From: Haplodiscus bocki
Lineage: Eukaryota
DNA length: 64,000 nucleotides
Direction of reading: 5' to 3'
NCBI GenBank assembly: GCA_965655095.1
Contig: OZ296658.1
Span: 71,548,001-71,612,000 of the forward strand
Shown here: in pieces, positions 1 to 9,437 of the stretch
Layout of the letters: each line of letters opens with the position of its first letter
Numbering within the stretch: the first letter of the stretch is position 1
Notes under the pieces: generated by a model
What the model saw: only the letters and a program-made list of their open reading frames with translations
What the model was told of the DNA's origin: nothing
Database searches by the model: none
Translations under genes and position numbers: made by a program

Positions 1-1294
1 TCCCAGGGTTGCTATATTCAGGAGTTGTAGTCATTCTATCAGTTTTGTTAACACTGCTGAAATATTCACAAAACAAATTAGCTCGATCTTTATCATCCTC
101 AGCCCATTTCCTGTCATTCGGGATATCTCTGTAAATACGTGGAGATATTTCTTCACGTTTAAGTTGTCGAAAGTAGCGAAACATTTTGCTTGAGTTTTTG
201 GTAGCAAAAATAGTTTGCTGATATTCACACAGATCTTTGCATAATTCATCGGATAATGTGGCCTGTAGGCTACATTTTTTAATCAAAAGAGTGTTGCACG
301 GTTTAGTTTTCAGACGTTTGACAACTGTATTCAATTTTTTGATTAGATGTGATGCAGAACTGCTGACCCATGGTGCTAAGGACGAGCGATGCAATGTTCC
401 TACTGGCGTAACCTGTTCAATAAGTTGATATATCCAAGAGTAAAATTCTTCGATATTTTTGTCACAGTTACTATAACACTTAGGTACGAAAGGAGTTTCT
501 ATCATGAGAGAAGCGAAAGCATTAAAATCACATTTAGAGAAACTATACTCTTTCTTGTGATTGGTGATATTCTTGTAGTATTTATGATTGCTTTTAATGC
601 AAACACTAAATCGGATAGGATAGTGATTTGAGCTGGGACCGTTTGGCATGACAGAGTTGCATTCAATTATAGACTGGAAGATTTCAGGATCTTTGGTCAA
701 TATGAGATCAAGAATACTGCTTCTGGTGGTATTAAAGTTTACCATTTGAATATAGTTTCGTTGCTCAAATTCATTGATAAATAATCTTTCATATTCATCA
801 GCAGATTCATTGATATTCCAATTGGTTTTTAGAAGATTCATATCACCACCTAGTATATGGTAGTCAGTTTTGTGATTTTCTATAAAATTTAGAAGCGTGA
901 TCCACTCATTAATAGATGCTCGATATTTACTATTTGAGGGAGGGTTATAGACTACAATCAACGCAATTGAGCATGATCCAGCGTCAATAAGGACAAAAAC
1001 AGCTGATTGTCGCAGATAATCCGAAGTAAAAGGAATATTTGTGTGAGGAATATTTCTTTTGATAGCGATTGCTGATCCACCATGTAGGCTGACTCTTTTT
1101 CTTTTATTTTTTAAATTATCCGGTATATCTCTTTCTGCTCTGTAGATGGCATATTTTGGAAGGAAGAATTCAGCATCAGCAAAGTCGGTTGTTGTCCAGG
1201 TTTCGGTAAGCATGAGAATATCGAAATCTTCTCTTGCTGTTAGGTTTGATAACTGATGTCGTTTGTCAAGATTAATCAGACTTTGGCAGTTCAA
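1..1294 (-). CDS. LINE ORF2, partial (APE endonuclease and linker), cut by the window edge
   Basis: Matches 3618-4911; the only difference noticed is A175 vs G3792 (His->Tyr in FRHFRQ). Confidence 0.9.
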   Translation of the reverse strand, partial: MNCQSLINLDKRHQLSNLTAREDFDILMLTETWTTTDFADAEFFLPKYAIYRAERDIPDNLKNKRKRVSLHGGSAIAIKRNIPHTNIPFTSDYLRQSAVFVLIDAGSCSIALIVVYNPPSNSKYRASINEWITLLNFIENHKTDYHILGGDMNLLKTNWNINESADEYERLFINEFEQRNYIQMVNFNTTRSSILDLILTKDPEIFQSIIECNSVMPNGPSSNHYPIRFSVCIKSNHKYYKNITNHKKEYSFSKCDFNAFASLMIETPFVPKCYSNCDKNIEEFYSWIYQLIEQVTPVGTLHRSSLAPWVSSSASHLIKKLNTVVKRLKTKPCNTLLIKKCSLQATLSDELCKDLCEYQQTIFATKNSSKMFRYFRQLKREEISPRIYRDIPNDRKWAEDDKDRANLFCEYFSSVNKTDRMTTTPEYSNPG

Positions 1295-1318
1295 AAGAAA
1301 TACATCATACTGAAATAG

Positions 1319-1945
1319 TCAGTTTTTCTCAGGTAGCTGGTTTGTTGCAGAAACAGCTGCTTGGTTTTTCAGAATTGCATAATCAGATAGGTCAATTTCT
1401 TTGCCGTCAACAAAAAGTTTAAGATCTCTAATTTTGATTAAACTTCTTTCAGTGCCTTGGTTTAGCAGATCTCTGCGTATTTGCAGAATGCGATTTTCAT
1501 TCAGTTTTTCTTCTGGGGATAGCATCCTATTAATGAAAATTGGTTTGTGAAAGGTCTTCATTTTTGGAGCCTTTGATAAAATTTTCCGAACATCCCAAGC
1601 TGATGATAAGGTGAGTATAACTGCGCGCGGTCTTTCTTTATTTCTTACAAATTTTCCTAGGCGCTTTATGTCCATTATTTGCGGGGATTCTTCAAGGTGA
1701 GTTAAGACTTCATTTACAGCATCCATTTCATGATTCAATATCGCAGAAGCTCGATTTTCAGGCGAAACTTGCTCAACGTTTGCTTCAGCTAAATTGTCAA
1801 TTTTTAGTTGAAAAGGAGCATTTGGGGGTAACTTTTTGTCTTTTACAAGATCTGTTTCAATATCTTTTGGCTTATTTATTTCGCGCGCAGGCTCGAGTTC
1901 CGTCTTAATTTCAGTAAGAGAGTTTTGTACTGAATTCACCGAAAT
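1319..1945 (-). pseudogene. 5'-truncated LINE ORF1 lacking the PHD finger
   Basis: Same as the C-terminal 206 aa of ORF1 8553-9437. The ORF-finder start is an internal GTG (Val), preceded by the (AT)n tail of the adjacent copy. Confidence 0.9.
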
Positions 1946-1961
1946 ATATATATATATATAT
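1944..1961. repeat. (AT)9 3' tail of LINE copy / unit junction
   Basis: ...caccgaa-atatatatatatatatat-aaatgag; the full-length copy reads caccgaaat-tttcagc at 9171-9186. Confidence 0.9.
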
Positions 1962-2220
1962 AAATGAGTTCATTGATAACAGTTTCCGTTGTTGTTGTTC
2001 TTGAAATATCTGTCGAATCAGGCTTCAATAGTTTATGCATTCATGATCATCTGTCTTCTGTGGATGCTCCTACACGTTATACATAGGCAAACAAAGTGCC
2101 ATGAGCAGATGTTGTTTTCTTGATATTGTTCAACAAATTTTTTCACATTTGGGTAAGTAATTTCTTATTGATATTTTCATTGTCGGTGATGTTCAAGTGT
2201 TTGGAAAGGACATTAGCTCG

Positions 2221-4911
2221 TTAACAGGCACGATAAAAGAAATTGTCACGTAATAATTCACAGGATATTTGAGGTAAGTAGAACTGTATTTCATTTCGCC
2301 CATATTTCATAACAATATTGGAATCAAAATTTACATCATATTTGTGTGTAACAATACCCGATAACAGAATAATTTCTTTCATCTCCATGAAATATGTCAA
2401 AGGCAAAATTTGCAGGTGAGATAATCTGTCCTTGTAGGAATCTAAATAGCACATCCATTTGGTGATTTTCTTGTTGAAGGCCTCTAGAGCTCTGACATCC
2501 ATTCTTGATAAGGAATAACACTCTGATGCATAGAGAAGTTGGGGGATAATTGTACTCTTGTACAAGAGAAGTTTTGAATATTGCGAAATAGATTTGCTGA
2601 CATTTCTCTTCAACATCTGGAATGTTTTGTTTGCCTTTGCAAGCTTAGTTTCTATATGAGCAGTCCATTTGAGGTTGTTACTTACCACCAGACCCAGGTC
2701 AGTATTTCGAGTACACTCCGCAATTTCCTCAGAGTATATTTCAGGTGAAAAATTTAGCTGTCCCTTGAGCAAGAGATAGTGGCATTTCCTCGAGTTGAAA
2801 AGTAAAAAGCGGGTTTCACTCCAAATTTGCAAGCTCATGAAGTCGTTTTTGAGAAGAAATGATTGAGAGCAGGATCCGATATATAGACCAGATAGGTCGT
2901 CGGCAAAAAGATATGCATATAAATAGAGCAATTCATTTGGTAAGTCATCGATGTAGATAATGAAGCAAAGAAGACCAATAAGGGTACCTTGTGCTACACC
3001 GCAATTGATTTTTTCCACTTTTGAAGTGGCGTTATTGATTTTCACCATTATTTTCCTGTCTGTAATGTATGATGTAAGCAGTGAGTAAAATTTTGAGGAT
3101 AACCCAAGTCGCTGGAGCTTTTTCATCAGAATTACGTGGTCTATGCTATCAAAAGCTCGTTTAAAATCAAACAGGAAGAGCGCAATGCATTCAGATTTTG
3201 TCCATTTCTCATATATATGGGATAAAGTCTTCAGTAATCTTAGCACAGGTGATCGTTTCGCTCTAAAGCCATACTGTAAGTCGTTTGAATGTGGGGAATA
3301 CGTTGCTAACAGCTGGTTGTATACATTTGTTTCAAAAATTTTTGAAATGGTGTTCTGCAAGCTAATAGGGCGATAATTTTCAACAAATTTTTTATCACCT
3401 TTTTTGAATACGGGAACTACTAATGTAAGCTTCCACGTTTCTGGGTAAACTCCCAGACGGGCTACATTTCGATAGATGTTATACAATGGGTGTTGAATAG
3501 CATCTGCGGTGTTTTTGAACAATGCGACTTGAAGTTCATCACGACCTTTTGCTTTATTCACATTGAGTTTGTTTAATGTTTTATAGATTTCAGTCTTTGT
3601 GATCCTGATTGCTGTATTCCCAGGGTTGCTATATTCAGGAGTTGTAGTCATTCTATCAGTTTTGTTAACACTGCTGAAATATTCACAAAACAAATTAGCT
3701 CGATCTTTATCATCCTCAGCCCATTTCCTGTCATTCGGGATATCTCTGTAAATACGTGGAGATATTTCTTCACGTTTAAGTTGTCGAAAGTGGCGAAACA
3801 TTTTGCTTGAGTTTTTGGTAGCAAAAATAGTTTGCTGATATTCACACAGATCTTTGCATAATTCATCGGATAATGTGGCCTGTAGGCTACATTTTTTAAT
3901 CAAAAGAGTGTTGCACGGTTTAGTTTTCAGACGTTTGACAACTGTATTCAATTTTTTGATTAGATGTGATGCAGAACTGCTGACCCATGGTGCTAAGGAC
4001 GAGCGATGCAATGTTCCTACTGGCGTAACCTGTTCAATAAGTTGATATATCCAAGAGTAAAATTCTTCGATATTTTTGTCACAGTTACTATAACACTTAG
4101 GTACGAAAGGAGTTTCTATCATGAGAGAAGCGAAAGCATTAAAATCACATTTAGAGAAACTATACTCTTTCTTGTGATTGGTGATATTCTTGTAGTATTT
4201 ATGATTGCTTTTAATGCAAACACTAAATCGGATAGGATAGTGATTTGAGCTGGGACCGTTTGGCATGACAGAGTTGCATTCAATTATAGACTGGAAGATT
4301 TCAGGATCTTTGGTCAATATGAGATCAAGAATACTGCTTCTGGTGGTATTAAAGTTTACCATTTGAATATAGTTTCGTTGCTCAAATTCATTGATAAATA
4401 ATCTTTCATATTCATCAGCAGATTCATTGATATTCCAATTGGTTTTTAGAAGATTCATATCACCACCTAGTATATGGTAGTCAGTTTTGTGATTTTCTAT
4501 AAAATTTAGAAGCGTGATCCACTCATTAATAGATGCTCGATATTTACTATTTGAGGGAGGGTTATAGACTACAATCAACGCAATTGAGCATGATCCAGCG
4601 TCAATAAGGACAAAAACAGCTGATTGTCGCAGATAATCCGAAGTAAAAGGAATATTTGTGTGAGGAATATTTCTTTTGATAGCGATTGCTGATCCACCAT
4701 GTAGGCTGACTCTTTTTCTTTTATTTTTTAAATTATCCGGTATATCTCTTTCTGCTCTGTAGATGGCATATTTTGGAAGGAAGAATTCAGCATCAGCAAA
4801 GTCGGTTGTTGTCCAGGTTTCGGTAAGCATGAGAATATCGAAATCTTCTCTTGCTGTTAGGTTTGATAACTGATGTCGTTTGTCAAGATTAATCAGACTT
4901 TGGCAGTTCAA
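2221..4911 (-). CDS. LINE ORF2: APE endonuclease + reverse transcriptase (896 aa, prematurely terminated)
   Basis: APE motifs NCQSL, LTETW, YNPP, GDMN, LDLIL, SNHYP. RT motifs NYRPISL, QYGFR, DFKRAFDSIDH, GVAQG, FADD, DLG..W..HI. The coding remnant continues past the stop to 2033. Confidence 0.95.
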   Translation of the reverse strand: MNCQSLINLDKRHQLSNLTAREDFDILMLTETWTTTDFADAEFFLPKYAIYRAERDIPDNLKNKRKRVSLHGGSAIAIKRNIPHTNIPFTSDYLRQSAVFVLIDAGSCSIALIVVYNPPSNSKYRASINEWITLLNFIENHKTDYHILGGDMNLLKTNWNINESADEYERLFINEFEQRNYIQMVNFNTTRSSILDLILTKDPEIFQSIIECNSVMPNGPSSNHYPIRFSVCIKSNHKYYKNITNHKKEYSFSKCDFNAFASLMIETPFVPKCYSNCDKNIEEFYSWIYQLIEQVTPVGTLHRSSLAPWVSSSASHLIKKLNTVVKRLKTKPCNTLLIKKCSLQATLSDELCKDLCEYQQTIFATKNSSKMFRHFRQLKREEISPRIYRDIPNDRKWAEDDKDRANLFCEYFSSVNKTDRMTTTPEYSNPGNTAIRITKTEIYKTLNKLNVNKAKGRDELQVALFKNTADAIQHPLYNIYRNVARLGVYPETWKLTLVVPVFKKGDKKFVENYRPISLQNTISKIFETNVYNQLLATYSPHSNDLQYGFRAKRSPVLRLLKTLSHIYEKWTKSECIALFLFDFKRAFDSIDHVILMKKLQRLGLSSKFYSLLTSYITDRKIMVKINNATSKVEKINCGVAQGTLIGLLCFIIYIDDLPNELLYLYAYLFADDLSGLYIGSCSQSFLLKNDFMSLQIWSETRFLLFNSRKCHYLLLKGQLNFSPEIYSEEIAECTRNTDLGLVVSNNLKWTAHIETKLAKANKTFQMLKRNVSKSISQYSKLLLYKSTIIPQLLYASECYSLSRMDVRALEAFNKKITKWMCYLDSYKDRLSHLQILPLTYFMEMKEIILLSGIVTHKYDVNFDSNIVMKYGRNEIQFYLPQISCELLRDNFFYRAC

Positions 4912-4935
4912 AAGAAATACATCATACTGAAATAG

Positions 4936-5562
4936 TCAGTTTTTCTCAGGTAGCTGGTTTGTTGCAGAAACAGCTGCTTGGTTTTTCAGAATTGCATAAT
5001 CAGATAGGTCAATTTCTTTGCCGTCAACAAAAAGTTTAAGATCTCTAATTTTGATTAAACTTCTTTCAGTGCCTTGGTTTAGCAGATCTCTGCGTATTTG
5101 CAGAATGCGATTTTCATTCAGTTTTTCTTCTGGGGATAGCATCCTATTAATGAAAATTGGTTTGTGAAAGGTCTTCATTTTTGGAGCCTTTGATAAAATT
5201 TTCCGAACATCCCAAGCTGATGATAAGGTGAGTATAACTGCGCGCGGTCTTTCTTTATTTCTTACAAATTTTCCTAGGCGCTTTATGTCCATTATTTGCG
5301 GGGATTCTTCAAGGTGAGTTAAGACTTCATTTACAGCATCCATTTCATGATTCAATATCGCAGAAGCTCGATTTTCAGGCGAAACTTGCTCAACGTTTGC
5401 TTCAGCTAAATTGTCAATTTTTAGTTGAAAAGGAGCATTTGGGGGTAACTTTTTGTCTTTTACAAGATCTGTTTCAATATCTTTTGGCTTATTTATTTCG
5501 CGCGCAGGCTCGAGTTCCGTCTTAATTTCAGTAAGAGAGTTTTGTACTGAATTCACCGAAAT
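4936..5562 (-). pseudogene. 5'-truncated LINE ORF1 lacking the PHD finger
   Basis: Same truncation point as 1319-1945. Confidence 0.9.
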
Positions 5563-5578
5563 ATATATATATATATAT
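5561..5578. repeat. (AT)9 3' tail of LINE copy / unit junction
   Basis: Same length and junction as 1944-1961. Confidence 0.9.
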
Positions 5579-5837
5579 AAATGAGTTCATTGATAACAGT
5601 TTCCGTTGTTGTTGTTCTTGAAATATCTGTCGAATCAGGCTTCAATAGTTTATGCATTCATGATCATCTGTCTTCTGTGGATGCTCCTACACGTTATACA
5701 TAGGCAAACAAAGTGCCATGAGCAGATGTTGTTTTCTTGATATTGTTCAACAAATTTTTTCACATTTGGGTAAGTAATTTCTTATTGATATTTTCATTGT
5801 CGGTGATGTTCAAGTGTTTGGAAAGGACATTAGCTCG

Positions 5838-8528
5838 TTAACAGGCACGATAAAAGAAATTGTCACGTAATAATTCACAGGATATTTGAGGTAAGTAGAA
5901 CTGTATTTCATTTCGCCCATATTTCATAACAATATTGGAATCAAAATTTACATCATATTTGTGTGTAACAATACCCGATAACAGAATAATTTCTTTCATC
6001 TCCATGAAATATGTCAAAGGCAAAATTTGCAGGTGAGATAATCTGTCCTTGTAGGAATCTAAATAGCACATCCATTTGGTGATTTTCTTGTTGAAGGCCT
6101 CTAGAGCTCTGACATCCATTCTTGATAAGGAATAACACTCTGATGCATAGAGAAGTTGGGGGATAATTGTACTCTTGTACAAGAGAAGTTTTGAATATTG
6201 CGAAATAGATTTGCTGACATTTCTCTTCAACATCTGGAATGTTTTGTTTGCCTTTGCAAGCTTAGTTTCTATATGAGCAGTCCATTTGAGGTTGTTACTT
6301 ACCACCAGACCCAGGTCAGTATTTCGAGTACACTCCGCAATTTCCTCAGAGTATATTTCAGGTGAAAAATTTAGCTGTCCCTTGAGCAAGAGATAGTGGC
6401 ATTTCCTCGAGTTGAAAAGTAAAAAGCGGGTTTCACTCCAAATTTGCAAGCTCATGAAGTCGTTTTTGAGAAGAAATGATTGAGAGCAGGATCCGATATA
6501 TAGACCAGATAGGTCGTCGGCAAAAAGATATGCATATAAATAGAGCAATTCATTTGGTAAGTCATCGATGTAGATAATGAAGCAAAGAAGACCAATAAGG
6601 GTACCTTGTGCTACACCGCAATTGATTTTTTCCACTTTTGAAGTGGCGTTATTGATTTTCACCATTATTTTCCTGTCTGTAATGTATGATGTAAGCAGTG
6701 AGTAAAATTTTGAGGATAACCCAAGTCGCTGGAGCTTTTTCATCAGAATTACGTGGTCTATGCTATCAAAAGCTCGTTTAAAATCAAACAGGAAGAGCGC
6801 AATGCATTCAGATTTTGTCCATTTCTCATATATATGGGATAAAGTCTTCAGTAATCTTAGCACAGGTGATCGTTTCGCTCTAAAGCCATACTGTAAGTCG
6901 TTTGAATGTGGGGAATACGTTGCTAACAGCTGGTTGTATACATTTGTTTCAAAAATTTTTGAAATGGTGTTCTGCAAGCTAATAGGGCGATAATTTTCAA
7001 CAAATTTTTTATCACCTTTTTTGAATACGGGAACTACTAATGTAAGCTTCCACGTTTCTGGGTAAACTCCCAGACGGGCTACATTTCGATAGATGTTATA
7101 CAATGGGTGTTGAATAGCATCTGCGGTGTTTTTGAACAATGCGACTTGAAGTTCATCACGACCTTTTGCTTTATTCACATTGAGTTTGTTTAATGTTTTA
7201 TAGATTTCAGTCTTTGTGATCCTGATTGCTGTATTCCCAGGGTTGCTATATTCAGGAGTTGTAGTCATTCTATCAGTTTTGTTAACACTGCTGAAATATT
7301 CACAAAACAAATTAGCTCGATCTTTATCATCCTCAGCCCATTTCCTGTCATTCGGGATATCTCTGTAAATACGTGGAGATATTTCTTCACGTTTAAGTTG
7401 TCGAAAGTGGCGAAACATTTTGCTTGAGTTTTTGGTAGCAAAAATAGTTTGCTGATATTCACACAGATCTTTGCATAATTCATCGGATAATGTGGCCTGT
7501 AGGCTACATTTTTTAATCAAAAGAGTGTTGCACGGTTTAGTTTTCAGACGTTTGACAACTGTATTCAATTTTTTGATTAGATGTGATGCAGAACTGCTGA
7601 CCCATGGTGCTAAGGACGAGCGATGCAATGTTCCTACTGGCGTAACCTGTTCAATAAGTTGATATATCCAAGAGTAAAATTCTTCGATATTTTTGTCACA
7701 GTTACTATAACACTTAGGTACGAAAGGAGTTTCTATCATGAGAGAAGCGAAAGCATTAAAATCACATTTAGAGAAACTATACTCTTTCTTGTGATTGGTG
7801 ATATTCTTGTAGTATTTATGATTGCTTTTAATGCAAACACTAAATCGGATAGGATAGTGATTTGAGCTGGGACCGTTTGGCATGACAGAGTTGCATTCAA
7901 TTATAGACTGGAAGATTTCAGGATCTTTGGTCAATATGAGATCAAGAATACTGCTTCTGGTGGTATTAAAGTTTACCATTTGAATATAGTTTCGTTGCTC
8001 AAATTCATTGATAAATAATCTTTCATATTCATCAGCAGATTCATTGATATTCCAATTGGTTTTTAGAAGATTCATATCACCACCTAGTATATGGTAGTCA
8101 GTTTTGTGATTTTCTATAAAATTTAGAAGCGTGATCCACTCATTAATAGATGCTCGATATTTACTATTTGAGGGAGGGTTATAGACTACAATCAACGCAA
8201 TTGAGCATGATCCAGCGTCAATAAGGACAAAAACAGCTGATTGTCGCAGATAATCCGAAGTAAAAGGAATATTTGTGTGAGGAATATTTCTTTTGATAGC
8301 GATTGCTGATCCACCATGTAGGCTGACTCTTTTTCTTTTATTTTTTAAATTATCCGGTATATCTCTTTCTGCTCTGTAGATGGCATATTTTGGAAGGAAG
8401 AATTCAGCATCAGCAAAGTCGGTTGTTGTCCAGGTTTCGGTAAGCATGAGAATATCGAAATCTTCTCTTGCTGTTAGGTTTGATAACTGATGTCGTTTGT
8501 CAAGATTAATCAGACTTTGGCAGTTCAA
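5838..8528 (-). CDS. LINE ORF2: APE endonuclease + reverse transcriptase (896 aa, prematurely terminated)
   Basis: Translation matches 2221-4911. Confidence 0.95.
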   Translation of the reverse strand: MNCQSLINLDKRHQLSNLTAREDFDILMLTETWTTTDFADAEFFLPKYAIYRAERDIPDNLKNKRKRVSLHGGSAIAIKRNIPHTNIPFTSDYLRQSAVFVLIDAGSCSIALIVVYNPPSNSKYRASINEWITLLNFIENHKTDYHILGGDMNLLKTNWNINESADEYERLFINEFEQRNYIQMVNFNTTRSSILDLILTKDPEIFQSIIECNSVMPNGPSSNHYPIRFSVCIKSNHKYYKNITNHKKEYSFSKCDFNAFASLMIETPFVPKCYSNCDKNIEEFYSWIYQLIEQVTPVGTLHRSSLAPWVSSSASHLIKKLNTVVKRLKTKPCNTLLIKKCSLQATLSDELCKDLCEYQQTIFATKNSSKMFRHFRQLKREEISPRIYRDIPNDRKWAEDDKDRANLFCEYFSSVNKTDRMTTTPEYSNPGNTAIRITKTEIYKTLNKLNVNKAKGRDELQVALFKNTADAIQHPLYNIYRNVARLGVYPETWKLTLVVPVFKKGDKKFVENYRPISLQNTISKIFETNVYNQLLATYSPHSNDLQYGFRAKRSPVLRLLKTLSHIYEKWTKSECIALFLFDFKRAFDSIDHVILMKKLQRLGLSSKFYSLLTSYITDRKIMVKINNATSKVEKINCGVAQGTLIGLLCFIIYIDDLPNELLYLYAYLFADDLSGLYIGSCSQSFLLKNDFMSLQIWSETRFLLFNSRKCHYLLLKGQLNFSPEIYSEEIAECTRNTDLGLVVSNNLKWTAHIETKLAKANKTFQMLKRNVSKSISQYSKLLLYKSTIIPQLLYASECYSLSRMDVRALEAFNKKITKWMCYLDSYKDRLSHLQILPLTYFMEMKEIILLSGIVTHKYDVNFDSNIVMKYGRNEIQFYLPQISCELLRDNFFYRAC

Positions 8529-8552
8529 AAGAAATACATCATACTGAAATAG

Positions 8553-9437
8553 TCAGTTTTTCTCAGGTAGCTGGTTTGTTGCAGAAACAGCTGCTTGGTT
8601 TTTCAGAATTGCATAATCAGATAGGTCAATTTCTTTGCCGTCAACAAAAAGTTTAAGATCTCTAATTTTGATTAAACTTCTTTCAGTGCCTTGGTTTAGC
8701 AGATCTCTGCGTATTTGCAGAATGCGATTTTCATTCAGTTTTTCTTCTGGGGATAGCATCCTATTAATGAAAATTGGTTTGTGAAAGGTCTTCATTTTTG
8801 GAGCCTTTGATAAAATTTTCCGAACATCCCAAGCTGATGATAAGGTGAGTATAACTGCGCGCGGTCTTTCTTTATTTCTTACAAATTTTCCTAGGCGCTT
8901 TATGTCCATTATTTGCGGGGATTCTTCAAGGTGAGTTAAGACTTCATTTACAGCATCCATTTCATGATTCAATATCGCAGAAGCTCGATTTTCAGGCGAA
9001 ACTTGCTCAACGTTTGCTTCAGCTAAATTGTCAATTTTTAGTTGAAAAGGAGCATTTGGGGGTAACTTTTTGTCTTTTACAAGATCTGTTTCAATATCTT
9101 TTGGCTTATTTATTTCGCGCGCAGGCTCGAGTTCCGTCTTAATTTCAGTAAGAGAGTTTTGTACTGAATTCACCGAAATTTTCAGCTCTTTGATAGCAAG
9201 TAAGGAATTGGACTTAGCTTCGGATTTGAAGGCATCATTGTCTCTGCAAGAGCTACAGATCCAGAGACAACCACTAACTCTGCCCATCACAGTGACATCT
9301 CCTTGAGAGAGCCCAGCACATGAACATCCATGATACCAGACACTACAATTGTCACAGGCAATGCCAGAGGGGTCGCCATCTTTCACCACTCTTTTGCAAG
9401 ATCCACATTTCGACGTCGAAGTTGATGTTTTTGACAT
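8553..9437 (-). CDS. LINE ORF1, full length (294 aa): PHD finger, coiled coil, RRM/CTD-like region
   Basis: ATG start. CGSC..CDNC..WYHGCSC..WICSSC PHD pattern. RLGK..RPRAVIL and IFINRMLSPEE resemble CR1/L2 ORF1 C-terminal motifs. Confidence 0.9.
   Translation of the reverse strand: MSKTSTSTSKCGSCKRVVKDGDPSGIACDNCSVWYHGCSCAGLSQGDVTVMGRVSGCLWICSSCRDNDAFKSEAKSNSLLAIKELKISVNSVQNSLTEIKTELEPAREINKPKDIETDLVKDKKLPPNAPFQLKIDNLAEANVEQVSPENRASAILNHEMDAVNEVLTHLEESPQIMDIKRLGKFVRNKERPRAVILTLSSAWDVRKILSKAPKMKTFHKPIFINRMLSPEEKLNENRILQIRRDLLNQGTERSLIKIRDLKLFVDGKEIDLSDYAILKNQAAVSATNQLPEKN

Noticed and set aside
1319-1939. 206-aa ORFs (also 4936-5556) as independent genes
   Set aside because: They are truncated ORF1 pieces starting at an internal GTG, with an in-frame stop just upstream of the (AT)n tail.
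31-7865. Recurrent 60-80 aa ORFs within the LINE units
   Set aside because: They are antisense or alternate-frame shadows of ORF2 that repeat only because the DNA repeats.
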